A DNA stretch of 64,000 bases from an uncultured Actinomycetes bacterium (GCA_964624455.1 CAZUXD010000007.1:5126-69125), one strand, 5' to 3'; counted from the stretch's first letter, positions 20,467 to 29,299 are shown. The notes: a model not told the origin generated them from the sequence alone. Numbers and translations: made by a program.

Positions 20467-20595
20467 CGGCACGCTTTCAATCGGGCATCTGTTCATTCTA
20501 GTCACTTGCTACACATGTCCGTCCCGCTGAATGGACCGTTGTCGTACCTTCGTTCTAAACTCAGAACATAGTTCAGGAGCCGTTTGGAGGGTGTG

Positions 20596-22725
20596 ATGGA
20601 CGTCTGGGGGTCCGGGGAGTGGTGGGCAGCCTGGCAGAGTGCGCCTGCCCTGGAGGGTACAGCGGGGGGAGGGTACGCATCCTTCGCTGAGGAGGACAGC
20701 GCTGAGGAGGACAGCGTTGAGGAGGACACGGCCGGCGCGCGGGATGCCGGCCGCGCCAACTGGGGCAGCGGCAGCGGCCGCGCCAACTGGGGCAGCGGCC
20801 GCGCCAACAAGGCCATCTCGGTGCATGCCTCGCACCCGCCCCGCACCGAGGGAGGACCCTCGCCTGCTACCGCGGGCGAGGCCGGTGAATCCTCGTCATC
20901 GACAGAAACGCCAGCGAGGCCGGGGGCGGAGGCAACACGGCCTCCGTCATCGAACGGCCGGGCCGACTTGGAGCGGTTGGAGGCCCGGATCCGCGGAATG
21001 GCGGCCAACTTGGCGGCTTCGACGTGCGAGTGGTTGCACCTGATCGGGCAGTTCGACCGGGCCGAGGGTTGGGCTGGGGTCGGGATCCAGTCCTGCGCCG
21101 CATGGTTGTCGTGGACGTGCTCGGTCGCACCGGGGACCGCGCGCGAATACGTGCGCATCGCGCGGATGCTGCCGGCATTGCCGCTGGTGGACGAGGCATT
21201 TACGGCGGGGCGTTTGTCGTACTCCAAGGTGCGGGTGCTGGCCCAGGTCGCCGGCGAGGTGGACGAAGCCGTGCTGGTGGAGCAGGCGCAGGTGCAGACG
21301 GTGTCCCAACTCGAACGGACGGTCCGGGCCTACCGGCGCGGCGATGGGCGCGATCAGCAGCGTAAGCGTCGGGCGGTCTGGCGATGGGATGACGACGGGA
21401 TGCTTGTCCTATCGGCCCGGCTGCCACCCGACGAGGGCGCCCTGCTCCTCGCCGCACTGGAACGAGCGAGGGACGACATCGCTCCTCGCCCCGAACCCTC
21501 ATGCCCCGAACCCTCATGCTCCGAACCCTCATGCCCCGAACCTGTTGCCGGGCAGGATGATGCCACCCCTGGAGATGCCGCACCGGTAGGCGAGCCCACC
21601 GGAGCAATCATGTGCTCGGCATCCGGCGGCGGCACGATTGCCGATTTTGCCGGCGTAGCGGGTGATTTCGTGGGCACAGCGGGTGATTTCGTGGGCACAG
21701 CGGGTGATTTCGTGGGCGCAGCCGATGATTTCGCAGCAGCCGATACCGCCGCCGCGGCTGTCGCCCCCGCACCGGCGGGGCATCCGATGCCACGACCAAC
21801 CGGCGACGACCGGCAGCGAGCCGCGCTGGCGGGCGCCGACCCGCTCGGGATGGCCGGTGCGGACATGCTCGTCGCGCTCGCACAACGGGCGCTGGCGGCG
21901 GGGGAGGTGGACGGTTCAGGTGACGATCGTCATCTCCTGATACTGCATGCGGATCTCGACCACCTCGTCGATGACGACGAATCGGGGCCACGCGATTCCC
22001 AGCCGGTCGGCGGATTAATCGGCTCCGAAGCTGAGCTACACGAAACCAACGGTGGGCAAGCCGATTCCGGCGCCGAATTGACCGATAACGGCACGGGGTC
22101 AATCGGATTCGCTGATGATCATGCAGATTCCCCTCCCGGCGGGCGCCGTCCCGGGGTGCGGCCCGCGGCCGGGTCCACCCTTGCCCGGGCGCGCTGCCAT
22201 CTGGAGGACGGTCCGGGCCTAGATCGTCGGATGGCGCAGCGGATTGCTTGCGATGCAGCACTTGTCGCAGTGCTGCACCATGTCGGCGAAGGGGAACCGC
22301 TGCGGTTGGGACGAAAGACCCGGACCATCTCGCCGGCGCAGCGCCGCGCCCTGCGCGTTCGCGACGGCGGCTGCCGGTTCCCGGGTTGCCATCGCCGCAA
22401 GCACCTTGAGGCGCATCACGTACGGCACTGGTCGCTCCTTGGACCCACCGACCTGGAGAACCTGGTCCTGCTGTGCCGCTTTCACCACATGCTCATCCAC
22501 GAGGGTGGTTTCCGGGTGTCGGCAACTTCCCAAGGATCGTGGGCGTTTCGTGATGCTCGCAGTGTGCCGGTGACGATGGCTCCGCGGCTACCCGGTCATG
22601 ATGGTGCAGCGCTGCCGGTGCAAGTGGGCGATCCGATGGCGCTTCTGCCGGGTTGGCGCGGCGAGCCGTTCCACCTGGCCGAAACCGTCGCCGTTCTGAT
22701 GCGAGCCGCCGGGGCGGGTACGTGA
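20596..22725 (+). CDS. DUF222 + HNH endonuclease (13E12-repeat-family-like)
   Basis: ORF 20584-22725; ATG 20596 follows a GGAGG RBS. DUF222-like region: …LAASTCEWLHLIGQFDRAEGWAGVGIQSCAAWLSW…AREYVRIA…. C-terminal HNH: …RDGGCRFPGCHRRKHLEAHHVRHW…NLVLLCRFHHMLIHEGG…. The N-terminal ~120 aa and the start are uncertain. Confidence 0.8.
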   Translation: MDVWGSGEWWAAWQSAPALEGTAGGGYASFAEEDSAEEDSVEEDTAGARDAGRANWGSGSGRANWGSGRANKAISVHASHPPRTEGGPSPATAGEAGESSSSTETPARPGAEATRPPSSNGRADLERLEARIRGMAANLAASTCEWLHLIGQFDRAEGWAGVGIQSCAAWLSWTCSVAPGTAREYVRIARMLPALPLVDEAFTAGRLSYSKVRVLAQVAGEVDEAVLVEQAQVQTVSQLERTVRAYRRGDGRDQQRKRRAVWRWDDDGMLVLSARLPPDEGALLLAALERARDDIAPRPEPSCPEPSCSEPSCPEPVAGQDDATPGDAAPVGEPTGAIMCSASGGGTIADFAGVAGDFVGTAGDFVGTAGDFVGAADDFAAADTAAAAVAPAPAGHPMPRPTGDDRQRAALAGADPLGMAGADMLVALAQRALAAGEVDGSGDDRHLLILHADLDHLVDDDESGPRDSQPVGGLIGSEAELHETNGGQADSGAELTDNGTGSIGFADDHADSPPGGRRPGVRPAAGSTLARARCHLEDGPGLDRRMAQRIACDAALVAVLHHVGEGEPLRLGRKTRTISPAQRRALRVRDGGCRFPGCHRRKHLEAHHVRHWSLLGPTDLENLVLLCRFHHMLIHEGGFRVSATSQGSWAFRDARSVPVTMAPRLPGHDGAALPVQVGDPMALLPGWRGEPFHLAETVAVLMRAAGAGT

Positions 22726-24620
22726 TGACGGCCGCAAACGCTACCGGATGGGCACCGGCCGGGCAGGCGTCCGGGGCTCGTCCGTCCGCGCATGGCCGCG
22801 GTCGTACCCGCCGCAGAAACGAGCCGTACACCAGCCCTGCGCCCGATAACCGGCCGGCCAGCGGCCCGCCCGGCCCGGCGCCGGCCCCTCCTCCTTCCGC
22901 CGCGGTCGCCGCATCTTCCGGCGGCGGCCTGCCCGCCCGATCCCGCACTCTGATCATCTGGTGCCCGGACTGGCCGGCGGTCGCCGCCGCCCGGAACGCC
23001 GGCCATCCAACGGAAGGGGCCGTTGCGGTCTTCCACGCGAACCGGGTGCAGGCTTGCTCGGCGGCGGCCCGCGCCGATGGGGTCCGCACGGGCATGCGCC
23101 GCCGGGACGCCCAGTCCCGCTCGCCCGGCCTGGCGGCATTGCCCGCCGATGCGGATCGCGATGCGCGGCTGTTCGAGCCGGTCGCCGCGGCGGTGGAGGC
23201 GATCGTCCCCGGGATAGAGGTGCTCCGGCCCGGCATGCTCGCGTGCGCGCTTCGCGGGCCGGCCCGGTATTTCGGGTCGGAGACCGCAGCAGCCGAACGG
23301 CTCGTCGACGCGGTCGAGGCGCTGGATGTGGAATGCCGGATCGGCATCGCCGACGTGTTGCCGGTCGCGGTGCTGGCCGCCCGGCAGTCGGTGATCATCC
23401 CGCCGGGCGGTGACGCGGTGTTCTGCGCCCGGCTGCCGATCGTGGAGCTGGCGCGTGATCCGGCCATTGCTTCGCCAGAGCGAATGCAGCTCGTTGATCT
23501 GCTGATGCGGTTGGGCATCACCACCGCGGGGGCGTTCGCGGCACTTCCCTTCGACAAGGTTGCCGCGCGGTTCGGGGCGGAGGGGATGGTGCTGCACCGG
23601 CTGGCGTCCGGCCGGGCCGAGCGCGGACTGTCCCGGCGCCACATCGACACCGACCTGTCCGTGGAGAAGGTCTGTGACCCCCCGCTGGAACGGGTCGACA
23701 CCGCGGCGTTCGTCGCGCGCGCGCTGGCCGAGCAGTTTCACGCCGGGCTGGCCGCCGCCGGGCTCGCCTGTACCCGGCTGGCGATCACCGCCAGCACCGA
23801 GCGTGGCGCGAGGTTGACCCGAATCTGGCGGGGCGCTCGCCCGTTGTCCGCGGCCGCCACGGCCGATCGGCTGCGCTGGCAGTTGGACGGCTGGTTGACC
23901 AACGGTTCCCGGGTAGGCGCCGGCGACGCCGATCGAGCTGTCGGCGCCGGCCGCGTCGACGCCAGCCACATCGATGACGTTGGTTCCGGGCACATCGATA
24001 CCGCCGATCCGAGCGATCGACCGGGGGCGATCACCAAGCTCCGACTGGAACCGATCGAGGCGGTCGGGGCCGGGCTGATCCAGTACGGGCTGTGGGGGCA
24101 GGACGGGGAGGGCGAACACCGAGCCGGGTGGGCGTTCGCCCGGGTGCAAGGGCTGCTCGGCCCGGACGCGGTCCTGGCCGCCACCCCCTCCGGCGGTCGC
24201 GGTCCGGCCGACCGCGTCACCCTGACCGGTTGGGGGGAGGAGAGGATCCCGAGGCGCGATCCGACCGCCCCCTGGCCCGGGGTGCTGCCGTCGCCGGCGC
24301 CGGCTTCGCACCTTCGGGCCGGCGGTGGCGCGGCCGCCGGAAACGTCGCTTCCGGGGCCACCGTCACCGTCTCGGATCCCGCTGGCCGCGAGGTCGCCGT
24401 CACCGACCGGGGAATGCTCACCGGACCGCCCGCCGCGGTCGGCGGCAACCGGGTGCTGTCCTGGGCTGGGCCCTGGTTGCTGGACGAGCGTTGGTGGTCT
24501 GGCCCCGTCACCGCGCCAGCGGCCCGGACGGCCCGGATGCAGGTGATCGCCGACGGGATGTCCCCGATGCTGCTCGGGTTCGGCTCGCGCGGCTGGCAGG
24601 TCGAGGCGGTGTACGACTGA
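22725..24620 (+). CDS. imuB: ImuB, Y-family-polymerase-like mutasome subunit
   Basis: ATG 22725 overlaps the HNH TGA (GTGATGA). After a ~95-aa Pro/Ala-rich N-terminus the core is …RTLIIWCPDWPAVAAA…AVFHANRVQACSAAARADGVRTGMRRRDAQ…FEPVAAAVE…GIADVLPVAVLAAR…. Directly upstream of dnaE2. Confidence 0.85.
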   Translation: MTAANATGWAPAGQASGARPSAHGRGRTRRRNEPYTSPAPDNRPASGPPGPAPAPPPSAAVAASSGGGLPARSRTLIIWCPDWPAVAAARNAGHPTEGAVAVFHANRVQACSAAARADGVRTGMRRRDAQSRSPGLAALPADADRDARLFEPVAAAVEAIVPGIEVLRPGMLACALRGPARYFGSETAAAERLVDAVEALDVECRIGIADVLPVAVLAARQSVIIPPGGDAVFCARLPIVELARDPAIASPERMQLVDLLMRLGITTAGAFAALPFDKVAARFGAEGMVLHRLASGRAERGLSRRHIDTDLSVEKVCDPPLERVDTAAFVARALAEQFHAGLAAAGLACTRLAITASTERGARLTRIWRGARPLSAAATADRLRWQLDGWLTNGSRVGAGDADRAVGAGRVDASHIDDVGSGHIDTADPSDRPGAITKLRLEPIEAVGAGLIQYGLWGQDGEGEHRAGWAFARVQGLLGPDAVLAATPSGGRGPADRVTLTGWGEERIPRRDPTAPWPGVLPSPAPASHLRAGGGAAAGNVASGATVTVSDPAGREVAVTDRGMLTGPPAAVGGNRVLSWAGPWLLDERWWSGPVTAPAARTARMQVIADGMSPMLLGFGSRGWQVEAVYD

Positions 24621-24747
24621 TGGGGCGCGGTGACGTAGGCGCTGCTCACGGCGGTGACGGTGGCGGTGCGGTTCGCGGTGACGATGCGGCTTACGGCTGT
24701 GACGATGCCGTCTACGGCGATGACGGCGTTCGGCTGAGGTGGCCTTG

Positions 24748-27700
24748 ATGGGCTGGTCCAATCCGCCGGTGCCCTGGGACGAACTGTCCCGGATGATGGA
24801 GGGCCGAGCTCCGCGCGGCGATCGGCCGCGGCCCGCGCTGCGCACGGTGCCGGCAGACGAAGTGTCCCGGCGCCGCGGCACGGGCCGTCGGCCCGATCCG
24901 TCTGCCGGCGCTGCCCCGTCCGCCGGCACCGATCCGACCCCCGGCGCCGATCCGCCTGCCGGCGCTGCCCCGTCCGGCGGCACCGATCCGAACCTCGGCA
25001 CCGATCCGAACCCCGGCGCACCCGCGTCGGCCGTGGTGCCCTACGCGGAACTGCACTGCCATTCGTCGTTCAGCTTCCTGGACGGCGCCTCCACCCCCGA
25101 GCAACTGGTCGCCGAGGCGCTGCGGCTGGACCTGACCGCCCTGGCGCTCACCGACCGGGACGGGTTCTACGGGGTCGTCCGGTTCTGCGAGGCCGCCCGC
25201 GGAACGGGCCTGAAAACCCTGTATGGCGCGGAGCTTTCGCTCGGGTTGCCGCGACCGCAGCTCGGTGAGCCCGACCCTGTCGGCGAGCATCTGCTGGTGC
25301 TGGTCCGCGGACAGGAGGGGTACCGACGGCTGTCCAGGCAGATCACCCACGCGCAGCTCGCCGGTGGGGAGAAGGGCCGCCCGGTCTACGACCTGGACAT
25401 GCTGGCCGGCGCCGCCGACGGGCACTGGCTCGTCCTCACCGGCTGCCGCAAGGGGGCCGTCCGGCGGGCCCTACGCCGCGCCGGACCGGACGGTGCCCTG
25501 GCCGAAGTGCGCACGCTGGTCGACCGTTTCGGCGCCGACAACGTGGCCGTCGAACTCACCCGGCACCTGGTACCCACCGACGACGAGGACAACGACGCGC
25601 TGGCCGGCATCGCCGCCCGGCTGGACCTTCCGGTCGTGGCGACCACCGCGGCGCACTATGCCGACCCGCGGGCCGCCCGGCTCGGCGCCGCCGTGGCCGC
25701 GGTCCGCGCTCGGCGCAGCCTCGCCGAGGCCGACCCCTACCTTCCGGCGGGCCCCAGCGCACACCTGCGATCGGGCGTCGAGATGGCCCGCCTGTTCGCC
25801 CGGTACCCGCAGGCGGTTTCCACCGCGGCGGTGCTGGGCGAACAGTGCGCATTCGACCTGCGCCTTCTCGCGCCCCAACTACCGCCGTTCGACGTGCCGC
25901 CAGGTCATGACGAGGCGAGCTACCTGCGTGAGCTCACCCTGTCCGGGGCGCTTCGCCGCTACGGCCCGCCGGAGCGAAACCCGAAGGCGTACAAGCAGAT
26001 CGAGAAGGAGCTGCGCGTCATCACCGAGATGAACTTCCCCGGTTACTTCCTCGTCGTGTACGACATCACCGAGTTCTGCCGGCGGAGCGACATCCTGTGT
26101 CAGGGCAGGGGATCTGCTGCGAACTCGGCGGTGTGCTACGCGCTGGGGATCACCGCGGTGGACGCGGTCGGCTACGACCTGCTGTTCGAACGATTCCTGG
26201 CCCCCGAACGCGACGGCCCACCCGATATCGATGTGGACATCGAATCCGACCGGCGCGAGGAGGTGATCCAGTACGTCTACCGGAAATACGGCCGGGAGCG
26301 GGCTGCGCAGGTCGCCAACGTCGCCACCTTCCGGCCGCGGATGGCGGTGCGGGACATGGCAAAAGCCCTGGGCTACTCGCCCGGCCAACAGGATGCCTAC
26401 TCCAAACAACTCGACCACTGGACCCCGCTGGCCGATCAGGTGGCCGACGTCGCCGCCGACCGCGGCGCGTCCGGCGCCGGCTTGTTCGCCGCGAACGCCG
26501 ACCGCGGTAGCACCGTCCCGGGCGGCACCGTTCCGGGCGGCACCGGCCGGTATTCCGCCGGGCACGACACCGGAATCCCGCGCGACGTGGTGGAACTGGC
26601 CCAGCAGATCCAGGACCAGCCCCGGCACCTGGGCATCCACTCCGGCGGCATGGTGATCTGCGACCGGCCGGTAGCCGAGGTGTGCCCGGTGGAGTGGGCG
26701 CGGATGGCGGATCGCAGCGTGCTGCAGTGGGACAAGGACGACTGCGCCGCCATCGGCCTGGTCAAGTTCGACCTGCTGGGCCTGGGCATGCTCTCGGCGC
26801 TGCATTACGCCGTCGATCTGGTCCGGGAGCACGAGGGGATCGAGATCGACTTCGCCGCACTGGACCTGGCCGAGCCGGCGGTCTACGAGATGCTGCGGCG
26901 GGCCGACTCGATCGGGGTCTTCCAGGTTGAGTCCCGGGCGCAGATGGCCACGTTGCCGCGCCTGAAGCCGCGCGAGTTCTACGACCTGGTCGTCGAGATC
27001 GCGCTGATCCGGCCCGGTCCCATTCAGGGCGGCTCGGTGCATCCCTACCTGCAGCGCCGGGAGGCGGTCCGGCAGGGCACCTGGCGGGGGCCGTTCGTCG
27101 AGCACCCGGCCATGCAGCGCGCGCTGGGAAAGACCTTGGGGATCCCGCTGTTCCAGGAACAGCTGATGGAACTTGCCATCGACGTGGCCGGGTTCGACGC
27201 CGGGGAGGCCGACCAACTGCGCCGTGCGATGGGTTCCAAACGCTCCGCCGAGAAGATGCGCCGGCTCCGCGATCGGCTGTACACCGGGATGCGCGAATTG
27301 CACGGCATCACCGGCGAACTGGCCGATTCCATCTACGAGCGGCTGCGGGCGTTCGCCAACTTCGGCTTCGCCGAGTCGCACGCGCTGAGCTTCGCCTCGC
27401 TGGTGTTCTACTCCGCCCACCTCAAGCTGCACCACCCGGCGGCGTTCTGCGCCGCGCTGCTGCGCGCCCAGCCGATGGGCTTCTACTCGCCGCAGTCGCT
27501 GGTCGCCGACGCCCGCCGGCACGGGGTCGAGGTGCGCCGCGCGCACGTCAACAGCTCCGTCGCGGCGGCCGGGTTGGAGCCGGGGCCGCGGGGCCGACCA
27601 GCGGTGCGGCTGGGTCTCTCGGGCATCCGGACCATCGGCGACGAGTTGGCCGAGAAGATCCTCGCGGCGCGTCCGGTGGCCGGGTATCCGGACATCGAAT

Positions 27701-28479
27701 CGCTGATGACGGCGGTGACGATGACGGCGGCACAGGCCGAGGCGCTGGCCACCGCCGGCGCTCTCGATGGGCTACCAGGCGGCTGGGGCGGCGTGGCGCG
27801 CGCGCCCGGCACCGCTGGGCATGGACCCGCATCCGGCACCGCTGGGCCCGTGCCCGCATCCGGCGCCGCGGCGCATGTGTTCACCGCTGGACCCGGCGGG
27901 TCCACGCCCACGACCGGTGGGACGGCTGCGGGGCGCACCGCCGGCCGAGGGCGATCGGGGCTGGAGCGCCGGCAAGCCCTGTGGTCGGCCGGGAGCGCGG
28001 CCTCGGCGCGCCCCGGCATGCTGCCGGGCGCGCTGACTGGCCTCCAAGCGCCCACCCTCCCCGGCATGAGCGACATCGAACTGACGGTGGCCGACATCTG
28101 GGCCACCGCCATCTCCCCGGAGCATTATCCGACCGAATTCTCCCGGGAGGGGCTGGCGGCGTTGGGCGTCGTCACCGCCGCAGGGTTGCACGGAATCGAG
28201 CACGGAACTCGGGTGCTGACCGCAGGCATCGTCACCCACCGGCAGCGCCCCTCCACGGCATCCGGCGTCACCTTCCTGAACCTGGAGGACGAGACGGGGA
28301 TGGTCAACGTGATCTGCTCGGTCGGGCTGTGGCACCGCTACCGGCGAATCGCGCGCGGCGCCCCGTCACTTCTGGTCCGCGGCGTCGTCGAGCGGAACGG
28401 CGCGGCGATCTCGCTGGTCGCCGACCGGATTGCCGCCGTCGACCTGGGCGTCGTCATGCCGTCCCGGGACTTCCGCTGA
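24748..28479 (+). CDS. dnaE2: Error-prone DNA polymerase III alpha subunit DnaE2
   Basis: MGWSNPPVPWDEL… N-terminus is typical of DnaE2. PHP domain (YAELHCHSSFSFLDGAS) and pol III alpha core (…GRGSAANSAVCYALGIT…FERFL…PDIDVDIES…). Low-complexity insertions are present. An alternative GTG start lies at 24739. Confidence 0.92.
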   Translation: MGWSNPPVPWDELSRMMEGRAPRGDRPRPALRTVPADEVSRRRGTGRRPDPSAGAAPSAGTDPTPGADPPAGAAPSGGTDPNLGTDPNPGAPASAVVPYAELHCHSSFSFLDGASTPEQLVAEALRLDLTALALTDRDGFYGVVRFCEAARGTGLKTLYGAELSLGLPRPQLGEPDPVGEHLLVLVRGQEGYRRLSRQITHAQLAGGEKGRPVYDLDMLAGAADGHWLVLTGCRKGAVRRALRRAGPDGALAEVRTLVDRFGADNVAVELTRHLVPTDDEDNDALAGIAARLDLPVVATTAAHYADPRAARLGAAVAAVRARRSLAEADPYLPAGPSAHLRSGVEMARLFARYPQAVSTAAVLGEQCAFDLRLLAPQLPPFDVPPGHDEASYLRELTLSGALRRYGPPERNPKAYKQIEKELRVITEMNFPGYFLVVYDITEFCRRSDILCQGRGSAANSAVCYALGITAVDAVGYDLLFERFLAPERDGPPDIDVDIESDRREEVIQYVYRKYGRERAAQVANVATFRPRMAVRDMAKALGYSPGQQDAYSKQLDHWTPLADQVADVAADRGASGAGLFAANADRGSTVPGGTVPGGTGRYSAGHDTGIPRDVVELAQQIQDQPRHLGIHSGGMVICDRPVAEVCPVEWARMADRSVLQWDKDDCAAIGLVKFDLLGLGMLSALHYAVDLVREHEGIEIDFAALDLAEPAVYEMLRRADSIGVFQVESRAQMATLPRLKPREFYDLVVEIALIRPGPIQGGSVHPYLQRREAVRQGTWRGPFVEHPAMQRALGKTLGIPLFQEQLMELAIDVAGFDAGEADQLRRAMGSKRSAEKMRRLRDRLYTGMRELHGITGELADSIYERLRAFANFGFAESHALSFASLVFYSAHLKLHHPAAFCAALLRAQPMGFYSPQSLVADARRHGVEVRRAHVNSSVAAAGLEPGPRGRPAVRLGLSGIRTIGDELAEKILAARPVAGYPDIESLMTAVTMTAAQAEALATAGALDGLPGGWGGVARAPGTAGHGPASGTAGPVPASGAAAHVFTAGPGGSTPTTGGTAAGRTAGRGRSGLERRQALWSAGSAASARPGMLPGALTGLQAPTLPGMSDIELTVADIWATAISPEHYPTEFSREGLAALGVVTAAGLHGIEHGTRVLTAGIVTHRQRPSTASGVTFLNLEDETGMVNVICSVGLWHRYRRIARGAPSLLVRGVVERNGAAISLVADRIAAVDLGVVMPSRDFR

Positions 28480-28786
28480 GCGCCGCTCCTCCGCGGTACA
28501 CCCAGGGGCTCGCCGACGCCGGTCGCCGGCGCCACGAATGCCTCCCCCTCCTGCCGGACGGCGACACCCAGGCTGCCGGCTGACATCATGGAGGACGTGC
28601 CGACACGCCGACCGATGCATCCCTCGCCCAGCGCGCGCAGACCGAACGTCACCGCGGCATGATCGGGTTGCCGAGCGCGCGGCCGCAACGTCCGGCGCGC
28701 CGAGAACCCCCACGGCGGCCCGACGAACCTGCCGTGCGCGCGGGATGTTCGTGGCCGCAGGTGTGTGCGCGATGGGAGGCGGACAG

Positions 28787-29293
28787 GTGAGCGAGGTCTT
28801 CGACCGCGCGACGGTGTCGTTGCTGATGGCCGATTACGCTCTCGCCGACCAACAGGGCCGGCTACAGGTCGTCGGTGGCGGACTGCAGGTGGTCGCGCGG
28901 GACCACGCGAAGGGCACCACCGCCGCGTTCGCCCTGGTCGTCACGATGTCCTTCACCTCAGAGTTGATCAACGAGCAATACGCGTTCGAGGTCGTGTTGG
29001 AAGACGCCGACGGCTCACCGGTGCAACTGGGCGCCACCCAGCCGGGCGCCACGTCGAACGTCATGCGCTTCGGCCAGACCCTGCAGGTCGACGAGCCGAA
29101 CTTCCCCGGCGCGGGCGTGCCACGATACGGCCTACCCCCTGGTGCCCATCTGGTGCTGTACTTCAACACCGGGCTGCCGCTGCCCGCCGGCCGGGTGCTG
29201 ATCTGGCGGGCTCGCATCGACGGTGACACCCGGCCTAACTGGTCGCTGCCGTTCTTCGTGCCGGCGCCGCCGTCGGCGCCGGTGCTGGGCTGA
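28787..29293 (+). CDS. Hypothetical protein (possibly DUF6941-like)
   Basis: GTG 28787 lies 7 nt after GGGAGG (an alternative ATG is at 28772). 168 aa: …VSLLMADYALADQQGRLQVVGGGLQVV…FALVVTMSF…YAFEVVLEDADGSPV…. The family assignment is from memory only. Confidence 0.5.
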   Translation: MSEVFDRATVSLLMADYALADQQGRLQVVGGGLQVVARDHAKGTTAAFALVVTMSFTSELINEQYAFEVVLEDADGSPVQLGATQPGATSNVMRFGQTLQVDEPNFPGAGVPRYGLPPGAHLVLYFNTGLPLPAGRVLIWRARIDGDTRPNWSLPFFVPAPPSAPVLG

Positions 29294-29299
29294 GGGCCG

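Noticed and set aside
19726-20467. Four minus-strand ORFs all starting MSEMSKHV(R/Q)R…, which could look like a paralogous small-protein family.
   Set aside because: The shared N-terminus is simply the 24-28-nt repeat read in reverse. Other copies of the same repeat inside these ORFs are read in the other two frames (CPKCRSTCD…, VRNVEARAT…). The remainder has no similarity or coding bias, so these are non-coding repeats.
20564-20574. GAACATAGTTC as a genuine SOS box for the HNH-imuB-dnaE2 genes.
   Set aside because: The spacer is 3 nt, not 4, and the flanking TC/GA bases are missing. It is kept only as an unexplained palindrome in the findings.
18189-24683. A shared CGGTGACG motif linking the pilT operator repeats, the imuB-dnaE2 spacer and the SDR upstream region (52395) into one regulon.
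   Set aside because: The 8-mer also occurs repeatedly inside coding regions, for example 9355-9365 and 10725-10745. At this GC content the coincidence is expected, so there is no statistical support without a genome-wide test.
24092-24748. ORF 24092-24748(+) covering the imuB-dnaE2 spacer as a small coupled gene.
   Set aside because: It is mostly out-of-frame overlap with the imuB 3' end, encodes Arg/Gly-rich sequence, and has no RBS or family signature.
28338-28688. Minus-strand ORF downstream of dnaE2 (…HAAVTFGLRALGEGCIGRR…) as a possible gene remnant.
   Set aside because: It overlaps the dnaE2 3' end, has no recognisable motif, and is too short to support.
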